Source: Ekhidna sp.
GTDB lineage: Bacteria; Bacteroidota; Bacteroidia; Cytophagales; Cyclobacteriaceae
DNA length: 64,000 nt
Direction: 5' to 3'
NCBI RefSeq assembly: GCF_965227465.1
Contig: NZ_OZ245746.1
Span: 1,658,365 to 1,722,364 of the forward strand
The position numbers were made by a program, and so were the translations under genes. Positions 28,166-36,938 of this stretch are shown here, piece after piece; the stretch's first letter is position 1, and every line of letters begins with the position of its first letter. A model generated the notes under the pieces. That model was not told the origin of the DNA and did not search any database. It saw nothing but the letters and a program-made list of their open reading frames with translations.

Positions 28166-28966
28166 TTAGAACGTAATGGTGAATCCGGAAATTATATTAT
28201 TGTACAATTTGTCGATAGGTACGGTAGGAGTAGGATCATAAATGTTTTGGTAGATCAATGATAAGCCTACAATCTTGCTAAACTGGTACGTAAATCGAGA
28301 GCTGGAAGCAAATCGAGGGGTAGAAACCAGCTCATCGAACCGGCTTTGGTAATACACGCTAATGTCCAGGAATATTTTATCGAAGGGTGCATATTTTAAG
28401 CTGGCGTATGATCCGAGTTTAATATTTTCTGTTTCAATGGGCGTGGTATCTGCAATTGCTTCTGTATTTGCTACACCGTCAAAATTCCATCGTTCAAATT
28501 CATAGAATGGGCCAATACCTACAAAGAATCCCAATGTAGGCCTGTTTACAATCCTCCATCTGCTGTTCACTCCAAAGGCATATTTGCGTTCCATTCCTCG
28601 TGCTTCCGCCCAATGGACCTGGCTGTAAAATTCAATGGATTGTTTTTTCTCCATCACATTTCTGTATTCAGCATAGATGTACCCGCCGCTAACCAACGTT
28701 TCATCACCAAACTTCGAAAGTTCGATCTTGTTTGCGACCGTAAGTGCGTTTTTTCCAACTTTTGCGGATAAATCTGCCGTATTCTCAAAAGAGAACAGGT
28801 CTTTTCTCAGGTTTTTATAATTGAAATCTGGAACAATTGAACCCTTCATTCTTCTGGTTGAATCCAGAATAACCGTAAAACTTTCTGTGTGAAGTATTTG
28901 AGCTTGAACCGGAGAAAAAATCTGTAAAAAGACAAGCAGCAATGAGATTCTTAGCAGTGTTTTCAT
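28166..28966 (-). CDS. Outer-membrane beta-barrel protein, DUF481-like
   Basis: Signal peptide, amphipathic strands and terminal Phe. Confidence 0.65.
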   Translation of the reverse strand: MKTLLRISLLLVFLQIFSPVQAQILHTESFTVILDSTRRMKGSIVPDFNYKNLRKDLFSFENTADLSAKVGKNALTVANKIELSKFGDETLVSGGYIYAEYRNVMEKKQSIEFYSQVHWAEARGMERKYAFGVNSRWRIVNRPTLGFFVGIGPFYEFERWNFDGVANTEAIADTTPIETENIKLGSYASLKYAPFDKIFLDISVYYQSRFDELVSTPRFASSSRFTYQFSKIVGLSLIYQNIYDPTPTVPIDKLYNNIISGFTITF

Positions 28967-29048
28967 TTTGTTAGAAATCTATAAATGGAAAAATGTTTTA
29001 ACAAGGTATAAAAACAGCAGATTATTTCTGGTTGGCATTTGCAATGAG

Positions 29049-29074
29049 GTCATCCCGCACTTGTTGCGGGATCT
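29049..29074 (+). repeat. 26-bp GTCA-stem-TCT REP-like hairpin
   Basis: GTCA TCCCGCA cttgt TGCGGGA TCT. Confidence 0.75.
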
Positions 29075-29090
29075 TCAAAAGTTGATAGAA

Positions 29091-29123
29091 AATCCTGACA
29101 GGTTTTCAAAACCTGTCAGGATT
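29091..29123. repeat. 33-bp perfect palindrome overlapping the helicase stop codon
   Basis: AATCCTGACAGGTTTT-c-AAAACCTGTCAGGATT. Confidence 0.85.
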
Positions 29124-31296
29124 CCTTCGATTCCTTTGACTGAGCATGCGCAATCCCCATCTTAATCTCACCCCAGGTGTAGCTATCGGGTAATGCTCCT
29201 TTGATCTCACCAGACTTGGTCAGGCCTTCATCATAGCATTTTAGGATCGCCTTGAGTTTGGTTGGTTTTACAAACTGAGCAGCATCCAGATCGCCACTTT
29301 CGACATACTTGGCCAAATGAGACTCGATGGTTCCTTCCACCAAACCACGCTCTTCTGCAATGACCTTAATGGATTTCCCTTCCTTATACATCTTATAGGT
29401 GATCTCGGCAGTGGGTGTTTTGTCCTTAGAAGCAGCCTCATTGACTTGCTTGGTAGATGCGTGCTTTTGCAAAGCTTCCTTTGTCAATGGCTTGCCTTCG
29501 TTGATGTGCTGGATCAGCAAATTGAGTTTTACGATTTGCCTCAGCTGATTACTGAACAGATCTTTTAACTCCACTAACTCAGCCCGATAGGTCTTGGCCT
29601 GTGATTGGGTTTTCAAAGTCCGATGCAGTTGAGTTATCCGATCTATTTTATCTGTAAGATGCTCGGTGAAGTAATCAGATGCTTTGGTCATCCGCTCAGC
29701 TAATTGATGCCATTCTCCCTTAGATAAGAGCGAATTGACCTGTCGTATAAAGGTTTGTCCAACCTCTTTCAAGGGAAAGGTATCATTAATCAGTTCATCC
29801 GTCCACGGTAGCTGTTTTTGCTTCAGGGATCGGTTTTCGTCCTTGTTAAACGTCTTTTTATGATTGACCAATTCTCTCAGCAGTGGATCAAAGAGAAAGG
29901 CACGTTCCGCAAACATCCGAATGAATCCAATTCGATCGTTTTCGAATTGCTTCTCCAGCTTTTGAGTATCCTCAAAGCTCTCTATGAAGTATTTGAGTTG
30001 CTCATCAATGGAAGGAGATCGCTTGGGTAGGGGACTTGAAAGTATCAGTCCATCTAATGAAGTAAGTCTGGAAAGAGCAACATAGAGCTGACCAGCCGCA
30101 AACGTATTTTCCAGATCGAGTATAGCTTTCTCGAAGGTCAGACCCTGACTTTTGTGTATGGTCACGGCCCACGCCAGCTTAACCGGGTATTGTTTGAATG
30201 TGCCGAGTACCTTCTGTTCAACCTCCTTGGTTTCTTTGTTCAGTACATATCGAACATTTTCCCATTCGTATTGCTCTACGGCTACTTCCGTTCCATCTTC
30301 AAATTTGACCTTGATGCCATCTTCCAAACTGGATACTTTTCCGATCTTTCCGTTGAAGAACTGTCCTTTACCACTGGGGTCATTTTTGATGAACATCACC
30401 TGAGCATCTTCCTTTAGTCGGAGGTTCACCTCATTGGGATAGGCATTTTCAGGAAATTCTCGATCGATATCAGCGGTAAAAAGCTGATCCCTACCGTCCA
30501 GATCAGCAAGCCTGGAGGTATTGATTTTATCTGCTTTTTGATTGTGCGTAGTAAGGTGAATGTATCCCTCCAGATTCTTGTCAGCTACTTCTGCATCATA
30601 GTGATCATTCAGCAGTTCCACATCGTCTTCCAATAGCTCATTGTGTCTCAGACGGTTGAGTAGCTTAATAAATGTCTCATCCGTTTGCCGGTAGACCTTA
30701 TTCAGTTCAACCCGAATGGGAGGGTTGTCCTTCAGAACCCGTGCATCAAAAAAGTAAGGAGACGCATAAAATTGTTGCAGGAGGCTCTGCTCTTCTCGCT
30801 TGACCACCGGAGGAAGCTGCATCAAATCACCTATAAATAAGACTTGCAGTCCGCCAAAGGGATCAAACCGCCTTTTCCTCAAGTGACGCAAAGTCGCATC
30901 AATGCAGTCTAGTAGATCTGCACGAAGCATACTCACCTCATCAATAATCAGGAGCTCCAGTTCATTGATGAGCTTCCTTTTTTGTGCTCCAAATTTTGCC
31001 TCTCTGAAAAGGGAAGCGGGGGTATTGACCTGAATGTTTCGTTCTGAAAACGGAATCTCTTCCGGCACGAAAGCGCCAAAAGGCAACTGTAGCAACGAGT
31101 GTAGGGTAACTCCTTCCGCATTGATGGCTGCAATACCTGTAGGAGCTGCTACCACCGCATTTTTGTAGGTGTTTTTGACAATACTTCGAAGGAAGGTCGT
31201 CTTGCCGGTACCGGCTTTTCCTGTGAGGAAAATGTGACGATTGGTGCTGTTTACGTAATTGGCAGCTAGCTCTGCAGCATCACTGAATTGATTCAT
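29116..31296 (-). CDS. PIF1/RecD-like SF1B helicase with C-terminal helix-turn-helix
   Basis: TGKAGTGKTT, APTG.AA, IIDEVSM, GDLMQLPP, LAWAVTIHKSQGLT, YVALSR and a C-terminal IAEERGL..GTIESHL. Start moved to MNQFSD because the upstream in-frame part is REP-derived. Confidence 0.9.
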   Translation of the reverse strand: MNQFSDAAELAANYVNSTNRHIFLTGKAGTGKTTFLRSIVKNTYKNAVVAAPTGIAAINAEGVTLHSLLQLPFGAFVPEEIPFSERNIQVNTPASLFREAKFGAQKRKLINELELLIIDEVSMLRADLLDCIDATLRHLRKRRFDPFGGLQVLFIGDLMQLPPVVKREEQSLLQQFYASPYFFDARVLKDNPPIRVELNKVYRQTDETFIKLLNRLRHNELLEDDVELLNDHYDAEVADKNLEGYIHLTTHNQKADKINTSRLADLDGRDQLFTADIDREFPENAYPNEVNLRLKEDAQVMFIKNDPSGKGQFFNGKIGKVSSLEDGIKVKFEDGTEVAVEQYEWENVRYVLNKETKEVEQKVLGTFKQYPVKLAWAVTIHKSQGLTFEKAILDLENTFAAGQLYVALSRLTSLDGLILSSPLPKRSPSIDEQLKYFIESFEDTQKLEKQFENDRIGFIRMFAERAFLFDPLLRELVNHKKTFNKDENRSLKQKQLPWTDELINDTFPLKEVGQTFIRQVNSLLSKGEWHQLAERMTKASDYFTEHLTDKIDRITQLHRTLKTQSQAKTYRAELVELKDLFSNQLRQIVKLNLLIQHINEGKPLTKEALQKHASTKQVNEAASKDKTPTAEITYKMYKEGKSIKVIAEERGLVEGTIESHLAKYVESGDLDAAQFVKPTKLKAILKCYDEGLTKSGEIKGALPDSYTWGEIKMGIAHAQSKESKES

Positions 31297-31563
31297 GGAG
31301 CGAAGATTGAATAAGATTGTGCAATATACCATGTCATGCCGTGCTCGACACGGCATCTTCAATTTTACTCATTCAGAAAATGGGAAACAAGTCGCTAACA
31401 GCACTTCGAATTACTTCAGTAGTAAAAAGTTGATCTTAGATTCCGAAACAAGCCTGCCTGCAGCATCACTGAATTGGTTCATGGAGCGAAGATTGAATTA
31501 TATTGTGCAATATACCGTGTCATGCCGTGCTCGACACGGCATCTTCAATTTTGCTCATTCAGA
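31272..31563. repeat. 106-bp direct duplication (31272-31377 and 31458-31563; period 186)
   Basis: Five mismatches. Each copy includes the helicase ATG region and a GTCA hairpin (31333-31358, 31519-31544). Confidence 0.9.
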
Positions 31564-31600
31564 GGTTGAGAAACAAGTTAGTGGTCTGCCTCATTCAATA

Positions 31601-31626
31601 GTCACCCTGAATTTATTTCAGGGTCT
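31601..31626 (+). repeat. 26-bp GTCA-stem-TCT REP-like hairpin
   Basis: GTCA CCCTGAA tttat TTCAGGG TCT. Confidence 0.75.
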
Positions 31627-31684
31627 ATTTTTTAGTTTTTAATTAACCGAGTGACGTAATTAAAGAATATGCTAATATTACTTA

Positions 31685-34000
31685 ATGGCCAAGCAAAAGA
31701 TACATGCGGAGGTAGGTAAGCGGGTGATAGAGCTCTCAAACCTGGATAAGGTGCTTTATCCGGAGGACGAGATTGTAAAGGCCGAAATCATTGAATATTA
31801 TTTAAAACTGGCTCCAACGATTCTGAATCACATCCGAGGCAGAGCTCTTTCGCTAGTTCGATATCCTGACGGGATTTATGGAGAGCAGTTTTTTCAGAAA
31901 CATCGTCCGGACTGGACACCTGACTGGATCGATTACAAAAGGCTGGGGCAGGAGCGAAAGAAAGAATATGTGGTTGCTAAAGAAGAAGCCACTTTGGTTT
32001 GGCTAGCCAACCTTGCCTGCCTGGAAATTCACCAGATTCATAGTTTTTCTGAGCATAGCGACAAGCCGGATTATATTGTATATGACCTTGACCCACCTGA
32101 AGATGGCTCATTTCCATTAGAAGATTTGAAGGGCATTGCTTTTTCACTGAAGGAACATTTAGAAAGGTATAATTACCATGTCTTTGTAAAAACCACCGGT
32201 GGCAAAGGCCTTCATTTAGTAACTCCCATTGAGGCCAGGTACTCTTTTGAAGAGTGTTTTCAAGCAGCAAAGAAGATAGCTTCAGACTTCATTCAAAAGA
32301 ATGAGTTAACAACACTTCATATTAAAAAGGAATCGCGAAAAGGAAGGGTGCTTGTTGACATTTATAGAAACCGGCCATCTCAGACCATTGTTTGCCCATA
32401 TAGTCTCAGAGGTAGGCAAGGAGCTACTGCCTCAACACCTATTGAATGGGATGAACTGGAAAGCCTGAAGGATTTGACACAATGGAATATTAAAACCACG
32501 CTTCAAAGAGTAACAGAACACGGAGATGCCTGGGAGCAAATTCGAGGGTGGGCTGTGCCCTTGCATACGGATAAACGAGCGGTTGTTGCAAAGGAACTAC
32601 CACCCAACAAACGACATAAAACACCGGAGCAACTCACCGATTATGAGAAAAAGCGAGACTTTAATCGAACTCCTGAGCCCCTTTTGTCTGATAGCGAAGT
32701 ACCAGGAAGTCGATTCTGCATCCAACGTCATCACGCATCCCATTTACATTACGATTTACGATTGGAACAAGATGGAGTATTGAAATCATGGGCGATTCCG
32801 CGTGGTATGCCACCAGTTCCCGGAGTTAAACGGCTGGCAGTCCAGACTGAAGATCACCCCCTTAAGTACCTGACCTTTGAGGGAGAGATTCCAAAGGGAG
32901 AATATGGAGGTGGTATGATGTGGGTCTATGCAACCGGACGCTATGAAATTACGAAGGAAAAAAAGCAAGGATTCTACTTTCGTCTTTCCGGGAAGCAGCT
33001 AAGCGCAGAATATCGGATGCACTTAATGAAGGATAAGGAATGGTTACTAGAGCGTGTGGATGTACCACAACAAAACTTACTTGAGCAAATCCTGAAACCT
33101 ATGCTCGCCGACGCATCGAAACGTGTTCCGATAGGAGATTATTACTATGAATTAAAATGGGACGGAATTAGAGCTTTAATTTATCTCAATGAAGGTCAGT
33201 TAAAGATTTATAGCCGGAATGGAAATGATATCACGGAGCAGTTTCCAGAACTAAATGTTCCAGAGCAGGCCTTCAGAATTAACAATGCCATTTTTGATGG
33301 AGAAATTGTTTGTCTGGATCAGGAAGGAAAAGCCAATTTTAAGAAGGTAATTAAGCGCTTAATGAGCAAGAAGAACTTTGATCATGAGTCCAAGCGATCG
33401 CCTGCCTATTGTTACTTGTTTGATTGCCTTTACCTGGATGGACGATCATTGATGAACGATCCGCAGGATCGTCGAAGGTGGTGGATGATTGACTCGCTGA
33501 GAGTGGGAGAGACCAACTATCGCGTGAGCCAATCTGAAGCCGATGGCAGAGCGCTCTTCACTGCAGCTAAAGCTCATGGGATAGAAGGAATTGTGGCGAA
33601 GAGAATAGCGGCAAAATATATAGTTGGAAAACGTAGTGATGCTTGGATCAAGGTAAAGGTGAAGGAAACCAAAGATTGCCTGATTATTGGATTTACTCAA
33701 GGGGAAGGAGAACGAGAACGAACATTTGGATCACTTCAACTAGCAGAGCAGGATGGAGATGAATTGATTTATCGCGGTAGAGTCGGAACTGGATTTGATG
33801 ATGCACTTCTCAAGTCCCTCACCAAACAATTCGTTGATTTAGTTTCGAATGAAAAACCAGTATTAGGAGATGTCCACGAGGAGAAAAAGACAATATGGCT
33901 TGAACCTAAATTAGCATGCGAGGTAGAATTTTCAATGATTACCGATAATGGCACTTTTCGAGATCCTGTTTTTAAAAAACTAATTGACTTTATATTATAA
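31685..34000 (+). CDS. ligD: NHEJ DNA ligase D, polymerase-phosphoesterase-ligase fusion
   Basis: POL: LSNLDKVLYP, RYPDG, DLDP, KTTGGKGLH. PE: QRHHASHLHYDLRLE..GVLKSWAIPRG. LIG: ELKWDGIRA, EGIVAK, W.K.K, GRVGTGF. Confidence 0.92.
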   Translation: MAKQKIHAEVGKRVIELSNLDKVLYPEDEIVKAEIIEYYLKLAPTILNHIRGRALSLVRYPDGIYGEQFFQKHRPDWTPDWIDYKRLGQERKKEYVVAKEEATLVWLANLACLEIHQIHSFSEHSDKPDYIVYDLDPPEDGSFPLEDLKGIAFSLKEHLERYNYHVFVKTTGGKGLHLVTPIEARYSFEECFQAAKKIASDFIQKNELTTLHIKKESRKGRVLVDIYRNRPSQTIVCPYSLRGRQGATASTPIEWDELESLKDLTQWNIKTTLQRVTEHGDAWEQIRGWAVPLHTDKRAVVAKELPPNKRHKTPEQLTDYEKKRDFNRTPEPLLSDSEVPGSRFCIQRHHASHLHYDLRLEQDGVLKSWAIPRGMPPVPGVKRLAVQTEDHPLKYLTFEGEIPKGEYGGGMMWVYATGRYEITKEKKQGFYFRLSGKQLSAEYRMHLMKDKEWLLERVDVPQQNLLEQILKPMLADASKRVPIGDYYYELKWDGIRALIYLNEGQLKIYSRNGNDITEQFPELNVPEQAFRINNAIFDGEIVCLDQEGKANFKKVIKRLMSKKNFDHESKRSPAYCYLFDCLYLDGRSLMNDPQDRRRWWMIDSLRVGETNYRVSQSEADGRALFTAAKAHGIEGIVAKRIAAKYIVGKRSDAWIKVKVKETKDCLIIGFTQGEGERERTFGSLQLAEQDGDELIYRGRVGTGFDDALLKSLTKQFVDLVSNEKPVLGDVHEEKKTIWLEPKLACEVEFSMITDNGTFRDPVFKKLIDFIL

Positions 34001-34077
34001 ATAATGGAATTGAATTTTTTAGTTTTGATTTTTGAAGTGGAGATAGCTATATATTTTAATTATAAAATTCACTAATA

Positions 34078-34497
34078 TTGAAATCCAATTTCACACATCA
34101 AATGGAAGGACGGATGAAAAGAATTGTGCTGATAGACGATGATGATACTACAAATTATCTGAACAAATTAATTATCGAACGTTCTCAGCTTGTGGATGAA
34201 GTTTTGTCTTTTGATACAGCTGAAAAAGCCTTGGATTTTTTCAGTCACCAAGGGTCGCAAACCGATAAGGCATTGGTGCTTTTGGATATAAATATGCCGA
34301 TTATGAATGGGTGGCAATTTTTGGATCAATACCAAGCCATAAAGAATGGAAATGACAGCAATAAGATTGTTATACTAACATCCTCTATAAATCCTACTGA
34401 CAAACAAATGGCAGAAGATAAACCTGTTATAACAGATTATAAAGCAAAACCGCTATCGATCGATATGGTTGGAGAGCTTGTTGCTAATCATTTGTAG
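34078..34497 (+). CDS. Single-domain response regulator (likely start 34114)
   Basis: LIDDD, LLDINMP..NGW.FL, LTSS and KPL. Confidence 0.9.
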   Translation: MKSNFTHQMEGRMKRIVLIDDDDTTNYLNKLIIERSQLVDEVLSFDTAEKALDFFSHQGSQTDKALVLLDINMPIMNGWQFLDQYQAIKNGNDSNKIVILTSSINPTDKQMAEDKPVITDYKAKPLSIDMVGELVANHL

Positions 34498-36901
34498 TAA
34501 GCGTCTGCTCTTCATTGGGGAATTCAAAAATTACTTCGCTCCCTATCCCTTCTTCACTTTGTATTCTTACCCAACCATTTAGGGCATTAACTCTTGACTT
34601 AACTATAAAAAGTCCCATACCTCTACCCTCTACATCCATATGAAATCGCTGGTACATTTTGAAGAGCTTATCACTAACCTTATTTAGGTTCATGCCTCTT
34701 CCATTGTCAGCAACAGTTATATATTGATGCAACTCATCCTCGTAGCTACTTATCTTAATATGTAACCTTCGAGATGGATCAGAAAATTTTAAGCAGTTGC
34801 TCAATACATGATACAACGCATCAGATAAAAATGGTTTATATGAGCGGATTTTACCGACTTTCAAGTCTTGCTCTATGGTAATGTTTTGGGTCGCTATTTC
34901 AGATTTTAATAGGTCTAAAACCTCTTTAGTTAATTTTTCAACCGATAAATTTCGAAAATCAGCTGGCAAGGGATCACTAACATTTAAAACCGTACTAAGC
35001 TCCTTAATCACCTTATCTACTTTATTAGATGCGATCCCAATACGGTCTATAATATCATCGGAAATTTCGAGTTCTTTCTCGGTTCTTAGTAATTCCGAAA
35101 ATCCGATTATTTGGGTCAATGGTTCTCTTAGGTTGTGACTGATTACGCTATTAAATTCTTTCAGGCTTTTATTTCTGCTTTTCAGCTTCTTAATTAACTC
35201 TTCCTTTTCAACTTCTAAGATATTGCTCTTGTGTTTAGCTATCGCGGCAATGAATAAGTCAGTTAATGAGCCCACATACCTTTCCTCATCTATCTTCCAT
35301 TCTCGAGATTTTCCATGAATCATCGAATAAGAAAGTAATCCCACTAATTGTCCATCGATCATTACAGGTGCATTCAGAATTGATTCAATCCCTGAAGGCT
35401 TGAAGTATTTTTCATAGATATCAGTAAGCCTTGAGTCTTTACTTAGCTGCTCAACAGCAACAGTTCGGTTCTTAAGAAATTCTTCAAAAAAATCAGGAAA
35501 CTCCTCAATTGAAAATTTTTCTTGTGGGATTATTGGCGCACCGCTTTTTGTATCCAATGAATGAAGCCTTATCTCATTGCTATCTTTTATAAAAGACCAA
35601 AATGTTGCTCGATCACATTTTAAAGAACTTCTCGACTTAATTAGCAGGTCCTTAATAAACACATCCAATTGTAAGTCCGGACTGTTTAGTTCCTTGGTCA
35701 ATTGTAATAGAGTGAGGGTGAATCTGCTTTCTGCTTTAGCCTCTGCAATTGTTTTTTGTCTTCGCTGATACCTGTATGTGGAGAATCCCAATCCTCCAAC
35801 AATGATTACCGCCAAAAAGATAACAATAAGTGTTGCCTCCTCCTCTGAAGCGTGCTGTTCCTGTTTTTGTATTAATAGCCTGTTTTCTGCTGCTATCAAA
35901 TCAGATTGAAGAGCCACCTGCATGCGTTCCACATTGGAAATAAATTCTGCATTTCTAATACTATCATCCAGATGTTTATGTCTATTCAAGTATAAAACAG
36001 CCTGATCTATTTCTTTTCTGCTCAGATATAATGCGTAGAGGTTATTATAAACCTGATTAAGTAGATCATTCGCTTCTTGAGATTTGGCAATTTCTTCACT
36101 TTTCTTCCAGTAATAAAAAATACTATCTGGATCATTAACACTATCATTTTTGAAATACTCACCGATCTTCATGTAGGATTGAATAAGTCCTCTTTTATGA
36201 TCAGACTTCTCCCTGACAGCTATTGATTTCCTCATCAGCTTAATGCCTTCAAGAATATTTCCAGAATGGTACTCACACTCTGCTAATCCATAATAACCGT
36301 AACCTAATCCTCTTAAATGATCTGTTTCGAGAGCGTTTTTAAGGCATAATTGGAAGTAACCTCTGGCATTATCAATTGCCCCTTTCATCAGGCTTACCTC
36401 TCCTAGATTAGATAAGATAATAACAGGCTTGAATTCAGGTACATTAGTTTTTGCCAGTTGAAGCGCTTTATTGAAATACGCAAGGCTGGAATCAAATACT
36501 CCTTTCCTTCGATAAAGCTCTCCTATGTTATTATGTAAACGAACCTCTTCGAGTGGGTATTTGGCAGGGTTATATGTTAGGGCTTCCAAATAATACGAAA
36601 GGGCTTGATCTGGCAATCCTACTATAAGAAAGCTATTTCCTTTGATCATAGTGGCCCTTAGTAGTCCTCTTTCGTATTCTATTTCTTTTGATATAGAAAT
36701 AGCCTGATTGATGTAGTGAATAGAGCGCTGTTGATTGGTCTGACTCAATCGAAATGCGAGTTCATTAATAGCATCCACGTAGGCACTGTCATTTTCCTCA
36801 AATGAGTTTGCTACTATTTCAAGACTGTCAATTTGGACACTTTGTGACAGGCCACTAATACCGAAACTTAAAAACAAAAAAAGAAATCCAATTTTCTTCA
36901 T
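34484..36901 (-). CDS. Sensor histidine kinase: periplasmic TPRs, TM, GAF, HisKA/HATPase
   Basis: Signal peptide, NNIGELY/SNLGEV TPRs, GAF (SILNAP), SHNLREPL, NCLKF, DNGRG and GRGMGL. Confidence 0.88.
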   Translation of the reverse strand: MKKIGFLFLFLSFGISGLSQSVQIDSLEIVANSFEENDSAYVDAINELAFRLSQTNQQRSIHYINQAISISKEIEYERGLLRATMIKGNSFLIVGLPDQALSYYLEALTYNPAKYPLEEVRLHNNIGELYRRKGVFDSSLAYFNKALQLAKTNVPEFKPVIILSNLGEVSLMKGAIDNARGYFQLCLKNALETDHLRGLGYGYYGLAECEYHSGNILEGIKLMRKSIAVREKSDHKRGLIQSYMKIGEYFKNDSVNDPDSIFYYWKKSEEIAKSQEANDLLNQVYNNLYALYLSRKEIDQAVLYLNRHKHLDDSIRNAEFISNVERMQVALQSDLIAAENRLLIQKQEQHASEEEATLIVIFLAVIIVGGLGFSTYRYQRRQKTIAEAKAESRFTLTLLQLTKELNSPDLQLDVFIKDLLIKSRSSLKCDRATFWSFIKDSNEIRLHSLDTKSGAPIIPQEKFSIEEFPDFFEEFLKNRTVAVEQLSKDSRLTDIYEKYFKPSGIESILNAPVMIDGQLVGLLSYSMIHGKSREWKIDEERYVGSLTDLFIAAIAKHKSNILEVEKEELIKKLKSRNKSLKEFNSVISHNLREPLTQIIGFSELLRTEKELEISDDIIDRIGIASNKVDKVIKELSTVLNVSDPLPADFRNLSVEKLTKEVLDLLKSEIATQNITIEQDLKVGKIRSYKPFLSDALYHVLSNCLKFSDPSRRLHIKISSYEDELHQYITVADNGRGMNLNKVSDKLFKMYQRFHMDVEGRGMGLFIVKSRVNALNGWVRIQSEEGIGSEVIFEFPNEEQTLTTND

Positions 36902-36923
36902 TTCAATTATCTAAGGTACCCTT

Positions 36924-36931
36924 TACCTTTG
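36924..36931 (+). promoter_or_regulatory. Bacteroidetes -7 promoter box for holA
   Basis: TACCTTTG, 7 nt upstream of the ATG. Confidence 0.55.
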
Positions 36932-36938
36932 AAAACAT

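Noticed and set aside
24294-28261. ORFs 24294-24575 and 28079-28261 share the peptide VSFxPLYRSKSSI, suggesting a conserved small protein
   Set aside because: The similarity comes from the repeated DNA element. A 1-nt indel shifts the frame after SSI, and both ORFs overlap real opposite-strand genes.
28968-29165. 65-aa ORF in the track
   Set aside because: It runs through REP-like hairpins and the helicase 3' end and has no protein-like motif.
31272-31563. Possible DGR template/variable repeat pair
   Set aside because: There is no reverse transcriptase, only five differences, and the repeat is at a gene 5' end rather than a C-terminal variable region.
29049-31626. Possible CRISPR array from the repeated hairpins
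   Set aside because: Repeats differ in sequence, spacing is irregular, and no cas genes are present.
31295-31642. 115-aa ORF with an internal repeat, and the extended helicase start at 31362
   Set aside because: Both are translations of the 106-bp duplication and hairpins; MNQFSD at 31296 is the more credible start.
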